Origin: Vicinamibacterales bacterium
GTDB taxonomy: Bacteria; Acidobacteriota; Vicinamibacteria; Vicinamibacterales; JAMQPK01
DNA: 64,000 bases
Direction: 5' to 3'
NCBI GenBank assembly: GCA_963775345.1
Contig: CAVZIS010000007.1
Location: forward strand, 85,486-149,485
Shown piece by piece: positions 1 through 10,544 of the stretch (position 1 is the stretch's first letter; each line of letters begins with the position of its first letter). The notes under the pieces were generated by a model that was not told where the DNA came from, did no database searches, and worked only from the letters and a program-made list of their open reading frames with translations. The translations under genes and the position numbers were made by a program.

Positions 1-9
1 AGTCCTTTC

Positions 10-394
10 ATGTCGATACAAAGGGAAATCACGGTGAAGCTGGCCAATAGCCCAGGGACGCTCGGGTCGCGTCGCCCAGGTGCTCGGCGCCGAGCGAATC
101 AACATGCTGGCGATGTCGATCGACCCGTCAGGCTCGCTGCGGATGGTGGTCGACAATCCGCTGCATGCCGCCGGCACGCTGCGCGAGCAGCACTACAACG
201 TCGAGGAGCGCGACGTGCTGTTCACCGCGATGCCCAACGAGCCCGGATCGCTCGGCCGCGCGTTGAGGCTGCTCGCCGACGCCGGCATCAACGTCGAGTA
301 CGCCTATGCGAGCGGCATCGATCGCACGCCGATGGTGGGCGTCGTCATCGGCGTCGGCGACGCGCAACGGGCGTCGTTCGTCGCCGGCATCTGA
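10..394 (+). CDS. ACT domain-containing protein (two ACT-like motifs); one frame break near nt 70
   Basis: MSIQREITVKLANSPGTLGS (frame of nt 10) continues in ORF 80..394 (ERINMLAMSIDPSG...MPNEPGSLGRALRLLADAGINVEYAYAS). The repeated G-x-L-x(n)-L-x(n)-IN pattern is typical of ACT folds. Confidence 0.6.
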
Positions 395-407
395 GCAAGA
401 GAGGGCG

Positions 408-592
408 ATGCGTCTGTTCGTTCCCACCATGGATGCGTTCCTCGTCGAGTTCGACCAGGACGGGCGTATCAGGCTGGAAAATGAAGATGGGCGAGACCGT
501 CGGTTCAGGAACGGCGGGCGATTATTCACGCAGCCAAAGACGAGCTCGAGAACCTGAAAGAACTCTTGGACGTGCTGGAGAATCAATCATGA
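408..592 (+). CDS. small hypothetical protein (~60 aa, one frame break), translationally coupled to the M16 peptidase
   Basis: ATG 408 gives MRLFVPTMDAFLVEFDQDGRIRLENEDG. A second frame then reads ...ERRAIIHAAKDELENLKELLDVLENQS with TGA at 590-592, overlapping ATG 589 (ATGA). No family recognised. Confidence 0.3.
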
Positions 593-1943
593 AACCGCAT
601 CGCCTCCTCCTCGCAGTCCTGTTGGTCGCGGCGTGCGCCGCCGTAGTCGCGGCGATCACGATCCCGAAGGTCAATTTCACCGACACGCGTCTGAAGAACG
701 GCCTGCGCGTCATCATCTCGCCCGATCGCGCGGCGCCGGTCGTATCGGTCGCGGTCGCCTACAACGTCGGATCGCGAAACGAGCGCCCCGGCCGCACGGG
801 TTTCGCGCACCTGTTCGAGCACCTGATGTTCAAGGGCTCGGAAAACGTGGCCGACGGCGAGCTCGCCGGCCTGATCGAGAACTACGGCGGCAACCACAAC
901 GGGCAGACCGACAAGGATCACACGATCTACTTCGAGCAGGTGCCCTCGAATCAGCTCGACATGGTGCTGTTTCTCGAGGCAGACCGCATGCGCGCGCCGG
1001 CCATCACCAAGGAGAACGTCGACAATCAGCGCGAGGCCGTGAAGGAAGAGCGGCGCCTCCGCGTGGACAACCAGCCATACGGACGCACGTCTGAGACGAT
1101 CGCGGAGCTCGCGTTCGAGAATTTTGCCAACGAGCACTCGATTATCGGATCGATGGCCGACCTCGACGCCGCGTCGCTCGAGGACTTCGCTGCGTTCTTC
1201 AAGACGTATTACGCGCCAAACAACGCCGTGCTGGCGATTGCCGGTGATGTCGACGAGAAGGGCGCCCTCGAAAAAGTACGGAAGTACTTCGAGAGCATTC
1301 CTTCCGGTCCGCCGCCACCGCCGCTCGATGCGTCCGAGCCGCCGCAGAAAGAGGAGACGACGAACGATCGTCCAGGATCCGCTCGCGCGCCTCACGCTGG
1401 TCGACACGGCGTATCAGGTGCCGGGCGGATTGAATCCCGACATGGATGCGCTGAGCGCGCTGGCTCGGTGCTGGGAGCCGGCCGAAGCTCGCGGCTGTAT
1501 GACAGCCTTGTGCGGCAGCAGCAGGTTGCGGTGCAGGTGTACGCAGGGGTGCAGCAGTCGAAAGGGCCTGGCCTTTTCTATCTCGAAGCGATGGTCGCGC
1601 CTGGCAAGGATCCGGCTGAGGTCGAAAAGGCGATCTACGCGGAGGTCGAGAAGGTTCAGAAGGGACCGATTCAGGAGTGGGAGCTCGAAAAGGCGCGGAA
1701 CGCCGCACGCCGCAGCCTGGTCGGCAACCTGCGGAGCTCGCTGCAGCGTGCGATTCTGCTCGCCCGGTATGCGGTGTTCTTCGACGATCCCGGCGATCAT
1801 CAACACGCGCTACGAGCGCATCGCGTCGCTGAAGATAGACGATCTCCAGCGCGCCGCTCGGCAGTATATCGTCGCCGACCAACCGCACCGTGGTGATCAC
1901 CGTGCCCGCCAAGAAGGAGCCGCCGGCGGGAGGTGCGAAATGA
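589..1943 (+). CDS. M16 family zinc peptidase (pitrilysin-like, catalytic-type subunit); at least 4 frame breaks
   Basis: Signal/TM segment MKPHRLLLAVLLVAACAAVVAA and inverted zinc motif HLFEHLMFKG (HxxEH). Pieces in ORFs 10..1896 and 1124..2086 join at about 1365, 1465, 1790 and 1880. The reconstructed end ...NRTVVITVPAKKEPPAGGAK-TGA overlaps the next ATG. Confidence 0.85.
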
Positions 1944-3413
1944 AGCGGCTCTTCGCTCTCTGCTCTCTGCTCCTGGCTCTTCTCACAGCGGCTCTCGCGC
2001 AGGCGCCGCTTGCCGGGCAGGCGGCGCTTCCGCACCGACCGCACCCAAGTTCAAGGGGAAGGCGCCGGTCAGCAACGAAGTCCTGAAGATCAAGCTGCCG
2101 CGCGCGCAGGAAGTCGGCCTGTCGAACGGCGCGCACCTGATGGTGCTCGAAGATCATCGCGTGCCTTCGGTTCAGTTCGAGATCATCATCATCGGTGCGG
2201 GCGGTTATTACGATCCGCAGGATCTTCCACGGCCTCGCCGACACGACCGCGTCGTTGATGGACGAGGGAACGGCCTCGAAGACGTCGGAGCAGATCGCGC
2301 AGGCGCTCGACACGATGGCGGCGACCGTATCGGTCACAGCGAACGAGGGATCGCAGATCGCGACAGTGACGGGCTCGGCGCTGACCGATCAGCTCGATCC
2401 CGTGCTCGCGCTCGCCGCCGACATTCTGCTCAACCCGAGCTTTCCGGAAAAGGAGCTCGGGCTGTACAAGGGCCGCGCGCGCGCCGCGCTCGAAGAGCAG
2501 CGCAGCGACCCGGATTTCCTGAAAGAAGAGCGCTACGCGAAAGCCATCTACGGCGACGCATCCCGCGTCGAGCATGGGGCTCACCAGGGAGTCGCTCGAG
2601 AAAATCACGCGTGATGCGCTGGTCGCCTTCCACAAGAACAACTACGTTCCGGATCACACGATCATCGGCGTCTCCGGTGACATCACGCTCGCGGAAGCCC
2701 GCACGAAGTTCGAGGCGGCGCTCAAGGGATGGACGAAATCTGGCAAGCCTCGTCCCGGCGTCGTCGATCCGCCCGACTCCGGCCCGATGAAGATATCGCT
2801 CGTCAACCGGCCCGGATCGGTGCAGACCGGCTTTCAGCTCGGCGAGCCTGCGATCCATCGGCTGCATCCGGACTACGACGCCATGCAGGTGATGAACGCA
2901 ATCCTCGGCGGCGCCAACGGCCGCCTGTTCCGGGAGCTGCGCGAGTCGAAAGGCTATACCTACGGCGTGTACAGCACGGTGCGCGCGCTTCGATATCGCG
3001 GCGACTGGCGCGCGGCGATGGACGTGCGGACGGAGGTGACCGACGCGGCGCTGCGCGACCTCCTCGCAGAACTGACGAAGATGCGCGATCAGCTGGTGCC
3101 CATTGACGAATTCAGGGATGCGCAGCGATCTCTGACGGCGTCCTTTGCCCTTTCGCTCGAGAACCCGGCCGAGCTGCTGAACCTCTACATCGTCCGCCAG
3201 CTGTACAACTATCCCGTAGACTACTGGGATCGCTATACGGAGCGCATCATGGCGATCACGCCGGCCCAGGTGCAGGCTGTGGCAAGAAAATATCTCGACC
3301 CTGCCAAATTCCAGATTGTCGCTGTCGGAGACGCGTCGAAGATCGAGGCTGGCCTTCGAAAGTTCGGCCCACTGCAGCTCTTCGACGACGAAGGGAAGCA
3401 GGTTCTTCGGTGA
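1940..3413 (+). CDS. M16 family peptidase, second subunit (no HxxEH seen); at least 3 frame breaks
   Basis: Signal peptide MKRLFALCSLLLALLTAALAQA. M16 domain sequence runs through ORFs 1933..2790, 2195..2614 and 2574..3413 (...GGANGRLFRELRESKGYTYGVYS...). Tandem M16 pairs are a standard arrangement. Confidence 0.8.
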
Positions 3414-3418
3414 TTGGG

Positions 3419-3500
3419 GTAAGAGCTAAGAGATAAGAGCGAAGAGACAAGAGTCTTGTGCTCTTAGCCCTGCGCTCTGAGCTCTCTGGCTTAGCTCTTA
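3419..3500. terminator. long imperfect hairpin of heptamer units (TAAGAGC class) between convergent genes; putative bidirectional terminator
   Basis: The left arm is taagagc taagaga taagagc gaagaga caagag. The outer 11 bp (3420-3430 taagagctaag) pair perfectly with 3490-3500 cttagctctta, and the apex is acaagaGtcttgt. TAA at 3420, 3427 and 3434 closes all three plus-strand frames. The right arm encodes the last codons and stop of the cupin gene. Confidence 0.5.
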
Positions 3501-4075
3501 GCTGCTGGCTTTGCCGCCGGCGGGGCAGCCGGAGCGGCAGGAGCGGCTGCGGGGGCCGTTACTCCAGCAGCAGCAGCGGGCGCCGTTCCAGGATCCGGCT
3601 TGATGAACAGCTCGATCACCTGAACAGCCGCCGAGCTCTTGTTCGTGAATCCGTGCGTCTGCCCCTTCGCCATGTAGTACGCCTGCCCGGGGACCGTGGT
3701 GACCACCGGATCCTTCTCGACGGTCAGCTCGAGCGATCCCGTGACCGGGACCAACATGTGAAACGTGACGTCGTTATGGACGTGCGGCCTGCGCACCGCG
3801 CCGGGTTGCAGCGTGACCTGCAGCACACGTACATGGGCATTCTCGACGACGACGAGGAAATTTACGCCGGGATCGGGATTGCCTGTCACCCCGGCCTTCG
3901 TGGCGCCGCCCCCGCGTGCCGGCGGTTGCGCCTGACCCGTCGCCGGGGCCGGAGGTGCCGGGGCCGGGGCTGCGGGGGCCGGGGCCTGCGCCGCTGGATC
4001 CGGTGTTTGCGCTATTGCCGGGAAATACGCCAAAGCACTAATCGCGATCGTCAATCCGATCACTTTCTTGAGCAT
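3491..4075 (-). CDS. secreted cupin domain protein with Ala/Pro-rich flanks
   Basis: The internal start MLKKVIGLTIAISALAYFPAIAQ (signal peptide) is preceded by a GAGGAG Shine-Dalgarno. Cupin barrel motifs PHVHNDVTFHMLVPVTG ... GQAYYMAKGQTHGF are present. The ORF track extends it to 4159. Confidence 0.7.
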   Translation of the reverse strand: MLKKVIGLTIAISALAYFPAIAQTPDPAAQAPAPAAPAPAPPAPATGQAQPPARGGGATKAGVTGNPDPGVNFLVVVENAHVRVLQVTLQPGAVRRPHVHNDVTFHMLVPVTGSLELTVEKDPVVTTVPGQAYYMAKGQTHGFTNKSSAAVQVIELFIKPDPGTAPAAAAGVTAPAAAPAAPAAPPAAKPAAKS

Positions 4076-4130
4076 CGATGACTCCTCTGCCTTTAGCCGC
4101 GGGCCAGATACCTGCTCCGGCGTCCAGTTC

Positions 4131-4733
4131 TCATACGCGGGCGGCTGCCGGTTCTTCATGGGTGATTGTGGTGCCGAGCGCGGCGAGGAACTGCCTCAGC
4201 CACTCGACATGGCAGGTCCACGCGGGGCCGGTGACGAGGTTGCGATCGGTGATCGCTTCGGGAAAGTCGAGGTTGACGAACTCTCCGCCAGCGGCGGTGA
4301 CCTCGGGTGCCACGGCCGGGTAGGCGTTCAGCCTGCGTCCCTTCACGACGCCTGCCGCGGTGAGCAGTTGCGGTCCATGACAGACTGCGGCGATGGGTTT
4401 GTTCGCATCGGCGAAATGCCTGACTGCCTTCAGAACGTCCGGATTCAGCCGCAGGTATTCGGGCGCCCGACCCCCTGGAACGAGGAGCGCGTCGTAACTC
4501 GCCGGAGCGATCTCGTCGAAGGTCGCGTTCAGCGAGAAATTATGGCCCGGCTTCTCGGTGTAGGTCTGATCGCCTTCGAGATCGTGAACGGCGGTCTTCA
4601 CCTTGTCACCAGCTTTCTTACCTGGGCAGACCGCGTGCACAGTGTGGCCGACGGCCTGCAGCGCCTGGAACGGAACCATGGCTTCGTAGTCCTCGACGAA
4701 ATCGCCGACGATCATCAGAATTTTTTTCCCCAT
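4131..4733 (-). CDS. DJ-1/PfpI family protein (intracellular protease / glyoxalase III-like)
   Basis: Intact 200 aa: [17 protein letters not shown] ... [11 protein letters not shown], the nucleophile-elbow Cys-His of the DJ-1/PfpI fold. Confidence 0.85.
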   Translation of the reverse strand: MGKKILMIVGDFVEDYEAMVPFQALQAVGHTVHAVCPGKKAGDKVKTAVHDLEGDQTYTEKPGHNFSLNATFDEIAPASYDALLVPGGRAPEYLRLNPDVLKAVRHFADANKPIAAVCHGPQLLTAAGVVKGRRLNAYPAVAPEVTAAGGEFVNLDFPEAITDRNLVTGPAWTCHVEWLRQFLAALGTTITHEEPAAARV

Positions 4734-4741
4734 CGCGGCAC

Positions 4742-4774
4742 CTCTGCCCTTTGCTCTCTGCTCTTTGGCGTTGG
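4742..4774. repeat. heptamer tract CTCTGCC class in the pfpI/SDR divergent spacer
   Basis: ctctgcc ctttgct ctctgct ctttggc. The purine-rich complement lies directly upstream of the pfpI ATG (4733). The same unit class occurs inside polA (16741-16777). Confidence 0.6.
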
Positions 4775-4840
4775 ACTGTCAAGTGAGGCACGGTACGTTA
4801 CCATCAGCGGAACAGGTTGTCAAACTGCTAAGCTTGTCGA

Positions 4841-5581
4841 ATGGAGCTCTCGAATCGCGTGGCATTGGTGACCGGCGGCAAGCGGATTGGCGCCGTGGTG
4901 GCCATCGAGCTCGCGCGGCACGGAGTTGATCTCGCGCTGTGTTACAACCGTTCGCGCGCGGAAGCCGACCAGACCGCCGCCACCATCAGGAATCTCGGGC
5001 GCCGCGTGTTCGTGAAACAGGCGGACCTCACAAAGGCGTCCGAGGGCGAAGTGTTTGTGAACGAAAGTGCGGCGGCGCTCGGCAGAGTCGACATCCTCAT
5101 CAACATGGCGTCGATCTATGTCAGCAAGCCGTTCCGCGAATTAACCGTGGAGGATTACGACGAGAATGTCGCGGTCGACATGCGCTCGGTCTTCGTCTGC
5201 TCTCGCGCTGCATGGCCGCACATGCGGCGAAACGGCGGCGGCCACATCATCAACTTCTCCGATTGGCTGTCTCGCAGCGGCCGGCCGCGATACCCGGGCT
5301 ATCTGCCGTACTACGTCGCGAAAACAGGTGTGATCGGGCTCACCGAAGCGCTGGCGCTCGAGCTCGCTGCTGACCAGATCCGTGTGAACGCCATTGCGCC
5401 CGGGCCCATCCTCGCGCCGCCCGAAACGACAGACGAAGAACTGGCGTCAGTCGAGAAGGCGACGCCTCTCGGTTCGTGGGGTGGAGAGAAGGCGATTTCG
5501 GACGCCGTGCTCGCGCTCCTGAGGTGTGACTTCATTACCGGAGAAACCATCCGCGTCGACGGCGGACGGCACGTGAAGTGA
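4841..5581 (+). CDS. SDR family oxidoreductase
   Basis: Intact 246 aa with the Rossmann motif VALVTGGKRIG, NMAS, and catalytic YYVAK (YxxxK). Confidence 0.85.
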   Translation: MELSNRVALVTGGKRIGAVVAIELARHGVDLALCYNRSRAEADQTAATIRNLGRRVFVKQADLTKASEGEVFVNESAAALGRVDILINMASIYVSKPFRELTVEDYDENVAVDMRSVFVCSRAAWPHMRRNGGGHIINFSDWLSRSGRPRYPGYLPYYVAKTGVIGLTEALALELAADQIRVNAIAPGPILAPPETTDEELASVEKATPLGSWGGEKAISDAVLALLRCDFITGETIRVDGGRHVK

Positions 5582-5582
5582 A

Positions 5583-5632
<50 letters not shown>

Positions 5633-5720
5633 TAACGCAGAAACTGCAGTCTCGCGAACAAATTCACTGCGGTACTCTGTGCGACGGCCGGCGGCAAGCA
5701 TCGTGCAAGGTTCCACGGGC

Positions 5721-6099
5721 ATGAGAAACATGCCTGACCTGCTCGATCGCGTTTACCGGTTCTCGCTTGCATCGCTCCGGTTTTATCGACGACTGCCCAA
5801 AGGCCCGGATGCACAGGTCCCTGGGGTTCAGTTTTACAGAGCTGCCACATCAAGCTGGGCAAACTACCGAGCCGCTCAACGAGGACGCTCGCGGTCTGAA
5901 TTTATCGCGAAGCTCGGTAATGTCTCGGAGGAATCAGATGAAGCCGTGGGCTGGCTCGAAATTCATGCGGGATGGAGAGATTGCAAGTGACCCGACCCTG
6001 CTTGTCGAAGCGAAAGAACTGGCCGCAATGTTTACCGCGTCACTGACCAGCGCGCGGCAAAACTCTAAGCGGCAGGATAGAGATTCGCCGAATCGCTGA
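5721..6099 (+). CDS. four-helix-bundle protein (23S rRNA intervening-sequence protein family, PF05635/TIGR02436-like); one frame break near 5955
   Basis: MRNMPDLLDRVYRFSLASLRFYRRLPKG...QFYRAATSSWANYRAAQRGRSRSEFIAKLGNVSEESDEAVGWLE continues in ORF 5767..6099 (...DPTLLVEAKELAAMFTASL). Size (~126 aa) and motif spacing fit the family. Confidence 0.7.
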
Positions 6100-6108
6100 C
6101 TCTCGACC

Positions 6109-6153
6109 TCCTTTTTACTTTTCACTTTCTACTTTTTCACTTTCTACTTACAG
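6109..6153. repeat. right inverted arm of the four-helix-bundle cassette
   Basis: The reverse complement reads ctgtaa gtagaaa gtgaaaaa gtagaaa gtgaaaa gtaaaaa gg. The termini CTGTAAGT (5584-5591) and ACTTACAG (6146-6153) are perfectly complementary. The arm encodes the last four codons (VSRK) and TGA of pckG. Confidence 0.8.
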
Positions 6154-7903
6154 CAGCGCCACCGAGCGCATCCGCGAGCCGCTTTTGTTCCTCGAACATT
6201 TCCTTTGGCACGCGAGGCCCAAGCGACCTGAAGAACATCGCCTGATCCGCGGAGGCTTCCGCCCAATCTCCCGGTTCGACCGCTGTCAGCGCCTGCAATG
6301 CTTCGTCGGAGATACTCAACCCGCTGCGATCGATCGCATCCGGGGTCGGAACGATGCCAATCGGCGTGGCCTTGCCGTTGCCGGCTCCGTCGCATCGCTC
6401 GAGGATCCACTTGACGACCCGCAGGTTTTCACCGAAGCCCGGCCACAGAAATTTTCCACGCGAATCGGTACGGAACCAGTTGACGCGAAACACCTTCGGC
6501 GGCGACGAGAGGGTCCGGCCCATGTCGAGCCAGTGCTGGAAATAGTCACCGATGTTGTACCCGCAGAACGCGAGCATCGCCATGGGATCGCGCCGAAGCA
6601 CGCCGGTCTTGCCTGACGCCGCTGCCGTCGTTTCCGACGACAGCGTGGCGCCGAGGAACACGCCGTGCTGCCAGTTCTTGGACTCGTAGACGAGCGGCAC
6701 ACGCTGCTGGCGACGAGCGCCAAACATGATGGCGTCGAGCGGCACCCCCTTCGGATTTTCAAACTCGGGCGACAGCGACGCGCAATTCACCGCCGGCGTC
6801 GTGAATCGGGCGTTGGGGTGCGTCGCTTTCTCGCCAGAGTCGGGCGTCCAGGGTCTGCCTTGCCAGTCGAGGGCCTGGTGCGGCGGTGGATCGTCGTGCC
6901 CCTCCCACCACGGCGTGCCGTCTGGACGCAGTGCTGCGTTGGTGTAAATCGTGTCGCGTCTGAATCATATCGAAAGCGGTCGGATTCGTGCTCGACTCGT
7001 TCCGGGAAGCACACCGAAGAACCCGGCTTCGGGATTGACGGCCCACAGGCGGCCGTCGGTGCCGGGACGAATCCACGCGATGTCGTCACCGACCGTCCAG
7101 GTGTTCCAGCCCGGCATCGAGGAGGGAGGCACGAGCATCGCCATGTTCGTCTTGCCGCAGGCGGAGGGAAATGCTCCGGCGACATATCGCACCGGTCCAT
7201 CCTGGTATCGGCAGCCGACGATCAGCATGTGCTCGGCCAGCCAGCCTTCGTGGTGCGCCTGGTAGCTTGCAAGGCGGAGTGCGAGGCATTTTTTTCCAAG
7301 CAGCGCGTTGCCGCCATAGCCCGATCCGACCGACCAGACCGCGTTCTCTTCAGGGAAATGCACGATATAGCCGGCGATCCGGGCTCAGGTCGCCAAGAGA
7401 ATGCAGGCACTTGGTGAAGTCGTCCGAGTCGCCGAGGTGATCGAGCGCGACCTGGCCCACACGGGTCATGATGCGCATGTTGAGCACGACGTAGCGGCTG
7501 TCGGTGATTTCGACGCCGACCTTGGAATACGGCGAGCCGGGAGGGCCCATCAGAAACGGCACCACGAACATGGTGCGCCCCTTCATCGATCCGGTGAACA
7601 GCGGGATCAGCTTCTCGCGCGCTGCGTCCGGCGCCATCCAGTTGTTGGTCGGTCCGGCATCCTCCTGGATGGACGTGCTGACGAACGTCAGATGCTCGGT
7701 GCGTGCGACGTCGTGAGCAGCACTGCGATGAAGGTAGCAGCCGGGAAGCTTCTCCTGGTTGAGCTCGATCAGCTCTCCGGAGGCAAGGCACTCGGCGATC
7801 AGTCGATCCCGTTCAGCCTTCGATCCGTCGCAGTACACGACAGCTGACGGCAACGTCGAGAGCCTTTGATGTCCTCCACCCATTGACGAACGGCCGAATT
7901 CAT
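6137..7903 (-). CDS. pckG: phosphoenolpyruvate carboxykinase (GTP); at least 4 frame breaks
   Basis: ATG at 7903 ([13 protein letters not shown]). Signatures: [16 protein letters not shown] (P-loop), [37 protein letters not shown]. Fragments 7350..7949, 6965..7363, 6759..7076 and 6137..6790 join at about 7865, 7355, 7000 and 6955. Confidence 0.9.
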
Positions 7904-7962
7904 TCGCACATCCTATCCCAGAAGATTCCTCGACGGAACGCGGTACCATACGGTTTCACAAT

Positions 7963-9344
7963 ATGACAAAGCTGACCTTCCTGGGCGCGGCGCGTACCGT
8001 CACAGGCTCCAAATATCTCCTCGACATCGACGGGCGGAAAATCCTGATCGATTGCGGACTGTTTCAGGGGCTGAAAGAGCCTGCGGCTTCGAAACTGGGA
8101 GCCGCTGCCGCTCGTCGCCGTCTGACCTGTCGGCGGTCGTCCTCACGCATGCGCATCTCGATCACACAGGATATCTGCCGCGCCTGGTTGCCAATGGCTA
8201 CCACGGGCGCGTGATGTGCACAGCCGGAACGGCCGATCTCTGCAAGCTGGTGCTGCCCGATTCGGCGCGGCTGCAGGAAGAGGACGCGCGCGAAGCCAAC
8301 CGTCTGCACTATTCGAAGCATAGCCCGGCATTGCCCCTCTACCGCGAATCGGATGCGTTTCGTGCCTTGTCCCAGCTTCAGGCCGTCAGGTTCAACGCGC
8401 CGATGTCGTTGATCGACGGCGTGGACATCGAGTTCATCAATGCCGGCCATCTCCTGGGATCGTCGTTCATCAAGATGACAATCAAAGGGGGGCGCACAAT
8501 TCTCTTTGGCGGCGACCTTGGCCGATATGCGCGGCCTGTGCTTCCGGATCCCTCGGCGCCGCCACGGGCCGACATTCTGCTTCTCGAATCCACCTACGGC
8601 GATCGCATTCACGAGCCGGATGACCGGGGCGAGCGGCTCGCGGCGATCGTCAAGGACACGATCGCACGGGGCGGCAAAGTGATCATTCCGGCGTTTGCGA
8701 TCGGTCGCGTCGAAGAGGTCTTGTACTGGATCAAGCAGCTGGAGGACGAGGGGCAGATTCCAAAACTTCCGGTTTTTCTGGACAGCCCCATGGCGCTCGA
8801 CGCCCTGCGCTATTACGCGAACCGCGCCTCGGAGCTCGACCCCGATATCCAGTCAGCGGCAGACATCCGGCGATTCTTCACCGCGCGATTCCAGCCGGTC
8901 TCTTCTCCCCAGCAGTCGTCGGATCTCGTACGGTCGAGAATTCCGTCGATTGTCGTGTCGTCGAGCGGCATGGCGACCGGCGGTCGGGTTCTCCATCATC
9001 TTCAGGCTGCGCTGCCGGACAAACGCTGCACGGTGCTGTTTGTCGGGTTATCAGGCGGCCGGCACGCGAGGTCGTCAGCTGGTCGACGGAGCGCGGGAAG
9101 TGAAGATTCGCGGGACAGTTCGTGCCGGTCAGCGCGCGAGTCGAGCGGCTTGATTCGATGTCGGCGCACGCCGATTCGCGAAGAGACACTGCGATGGCTT
9201 GGCGGCTTCAAGACGCCGCCGCAGATGACCTATCTGGTACACGGCGAGCCGGGACCCATGGACGCGCTGAAAGCGACGATCGAGTCGCGCCTGCACTGGA
9301 ACGTGCAGACGCCGGAGCACCTGCAGCAAGTCGAGTTGAGCTGA
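7963..9344 (+). CDS. MBL-fold beta-CASP hydrolase (RNA-metabolising metallo-beta-lactamase family); at least 4 frame breaks
   Basis: [33 protein letters not shown], a beta-CASP middle region, SAHADS and a C-terminal YLVHGEP. Fragments 7963..8214, 8052..9344, 8695..9153 and 9122..9688. Confidence 0.8.
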
Positions 9345-9351
9345 GGAACGC

Positions 9352-10544
9352 ATGTTTTCTTCGCGGCTGCGGCAGGTCACCGAGCGCAACCGGATTGCGT
9401 TCGCGCTCGAGGCGCGCAGAGCGGCAGGGCTGCCAATCGTCGATCTCACGCTGTCGAATCCCGACGCGCGCAGGCTTCGTGTATCCACCCGGCGTCCTTC
9501 AGCCGCTCGCGCAGGAGCGCGCCTCTGTTACGAGCCTCAGCCGTTCGGATCTGCCATCGGCCCGGCAGGCCGTGTCGGACGAGTTCGCACGGCGAGGCGT
9601 GACACGTCCAGCCCGATCGCATCGTGCTGACGGCCAGCACGAGCGAAGCGTATTCTCTGCTGTTCAAGCTGCTTTGCGATCCCGGTGATGTCGTGCTCGC
9701 GCCGAGGCCGAGCTATCCGCTGCTCGAGCATCTGACCGGTCTCGATAGCGGTCTCTACTGCGAACACTGCAGTCTCGAATTCCACCGGGCAGATGGGCGA
9801 TGGATCATCGACGGCCTGCAGGAACAGACTGTCAGCTCGGCGAAGGGACGGTACGCGCGATCATCATGATCAGCCCGAACAATCCGACCGGCTCGGTGGT
9901 AACCGCCGGCGAGGCTGCGCGCAGTTGGCCTCGCTCGCACATGCAGCACGGCCTGGCGCTGATTTGCAGACGAGGTGTTTGCGGACTATTCGATCGCCGG
10001 CGAGGAATGTACCAGCGTGCTCGACATGCGATGATGTGCTGACGTTCGCCCTTGGCGGGCTGTCGAAGTCGGTAGGGTTGCCTCAGATGAAGCTGGGATG
10101 GATCGGCGTGGGCGGGCCGGCCTGCTTGGTCAGCCGACGCGATGGATCGCCTCGAGACAATCTGCGACGCATATCTGTCGGTTTCGACGCCCGTTCAGGT
10201 CGCGGCTCGCGGAACTGCTGAAAGCAGGAGCGCAGGTCCGCGCGCAGATTCAGCGCCGCGTGCGCAGCAACTTCGCAACGCTTGTGGACATCGCGTCAGA
10301 ATTCCCTTCCTGCTCGGTGCTTCCTGCCGAAGCCGGCTGGTATGCCGTCCTCCAGGTGCCGGCGATCAGAGTCGGAGGAGTCGTGGGTGCTGGAGTTGCT
10401 CGACAAGACCGGCATCCTCGTCCATCCGGGGTACTTTTTCGACTTCGAACGCGAAGCATTCCTCGTCATCAGCCTTCTTCCGGAACCAGCCTTGTTCTCA
10501 TCGGCGCTGCAGACGCTCTTCCACGAGATCGGCCGGTTCGATGA
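9352..10544 (+). CDS. pyridoxal-phosphate-dependent aminotransferase (class I/II); many frame breaks (8 or more)
   Basis: LTASTSEAYSLLFKLLCDPGDVVLAPRPSYPL, ISPNNPTGS, GGLSKSVGLPQMKLGW (PLP-lysine region) and ILVHPGYFFDF are spread over six or more ORF fragments. The 3' end is taken as the TGA overlapping the malQ ATG and is uncertain. Confidence 0.7.

Noticed and set aside
5721-6099. Four-helix-bundle gene as the Avd component of a diversity-generating retroelement
   Set aside because: There is no reverse transcriptase gene and no template/variable repeat pair anywhere in the window. The neighbours are an SDR gene and pckG.
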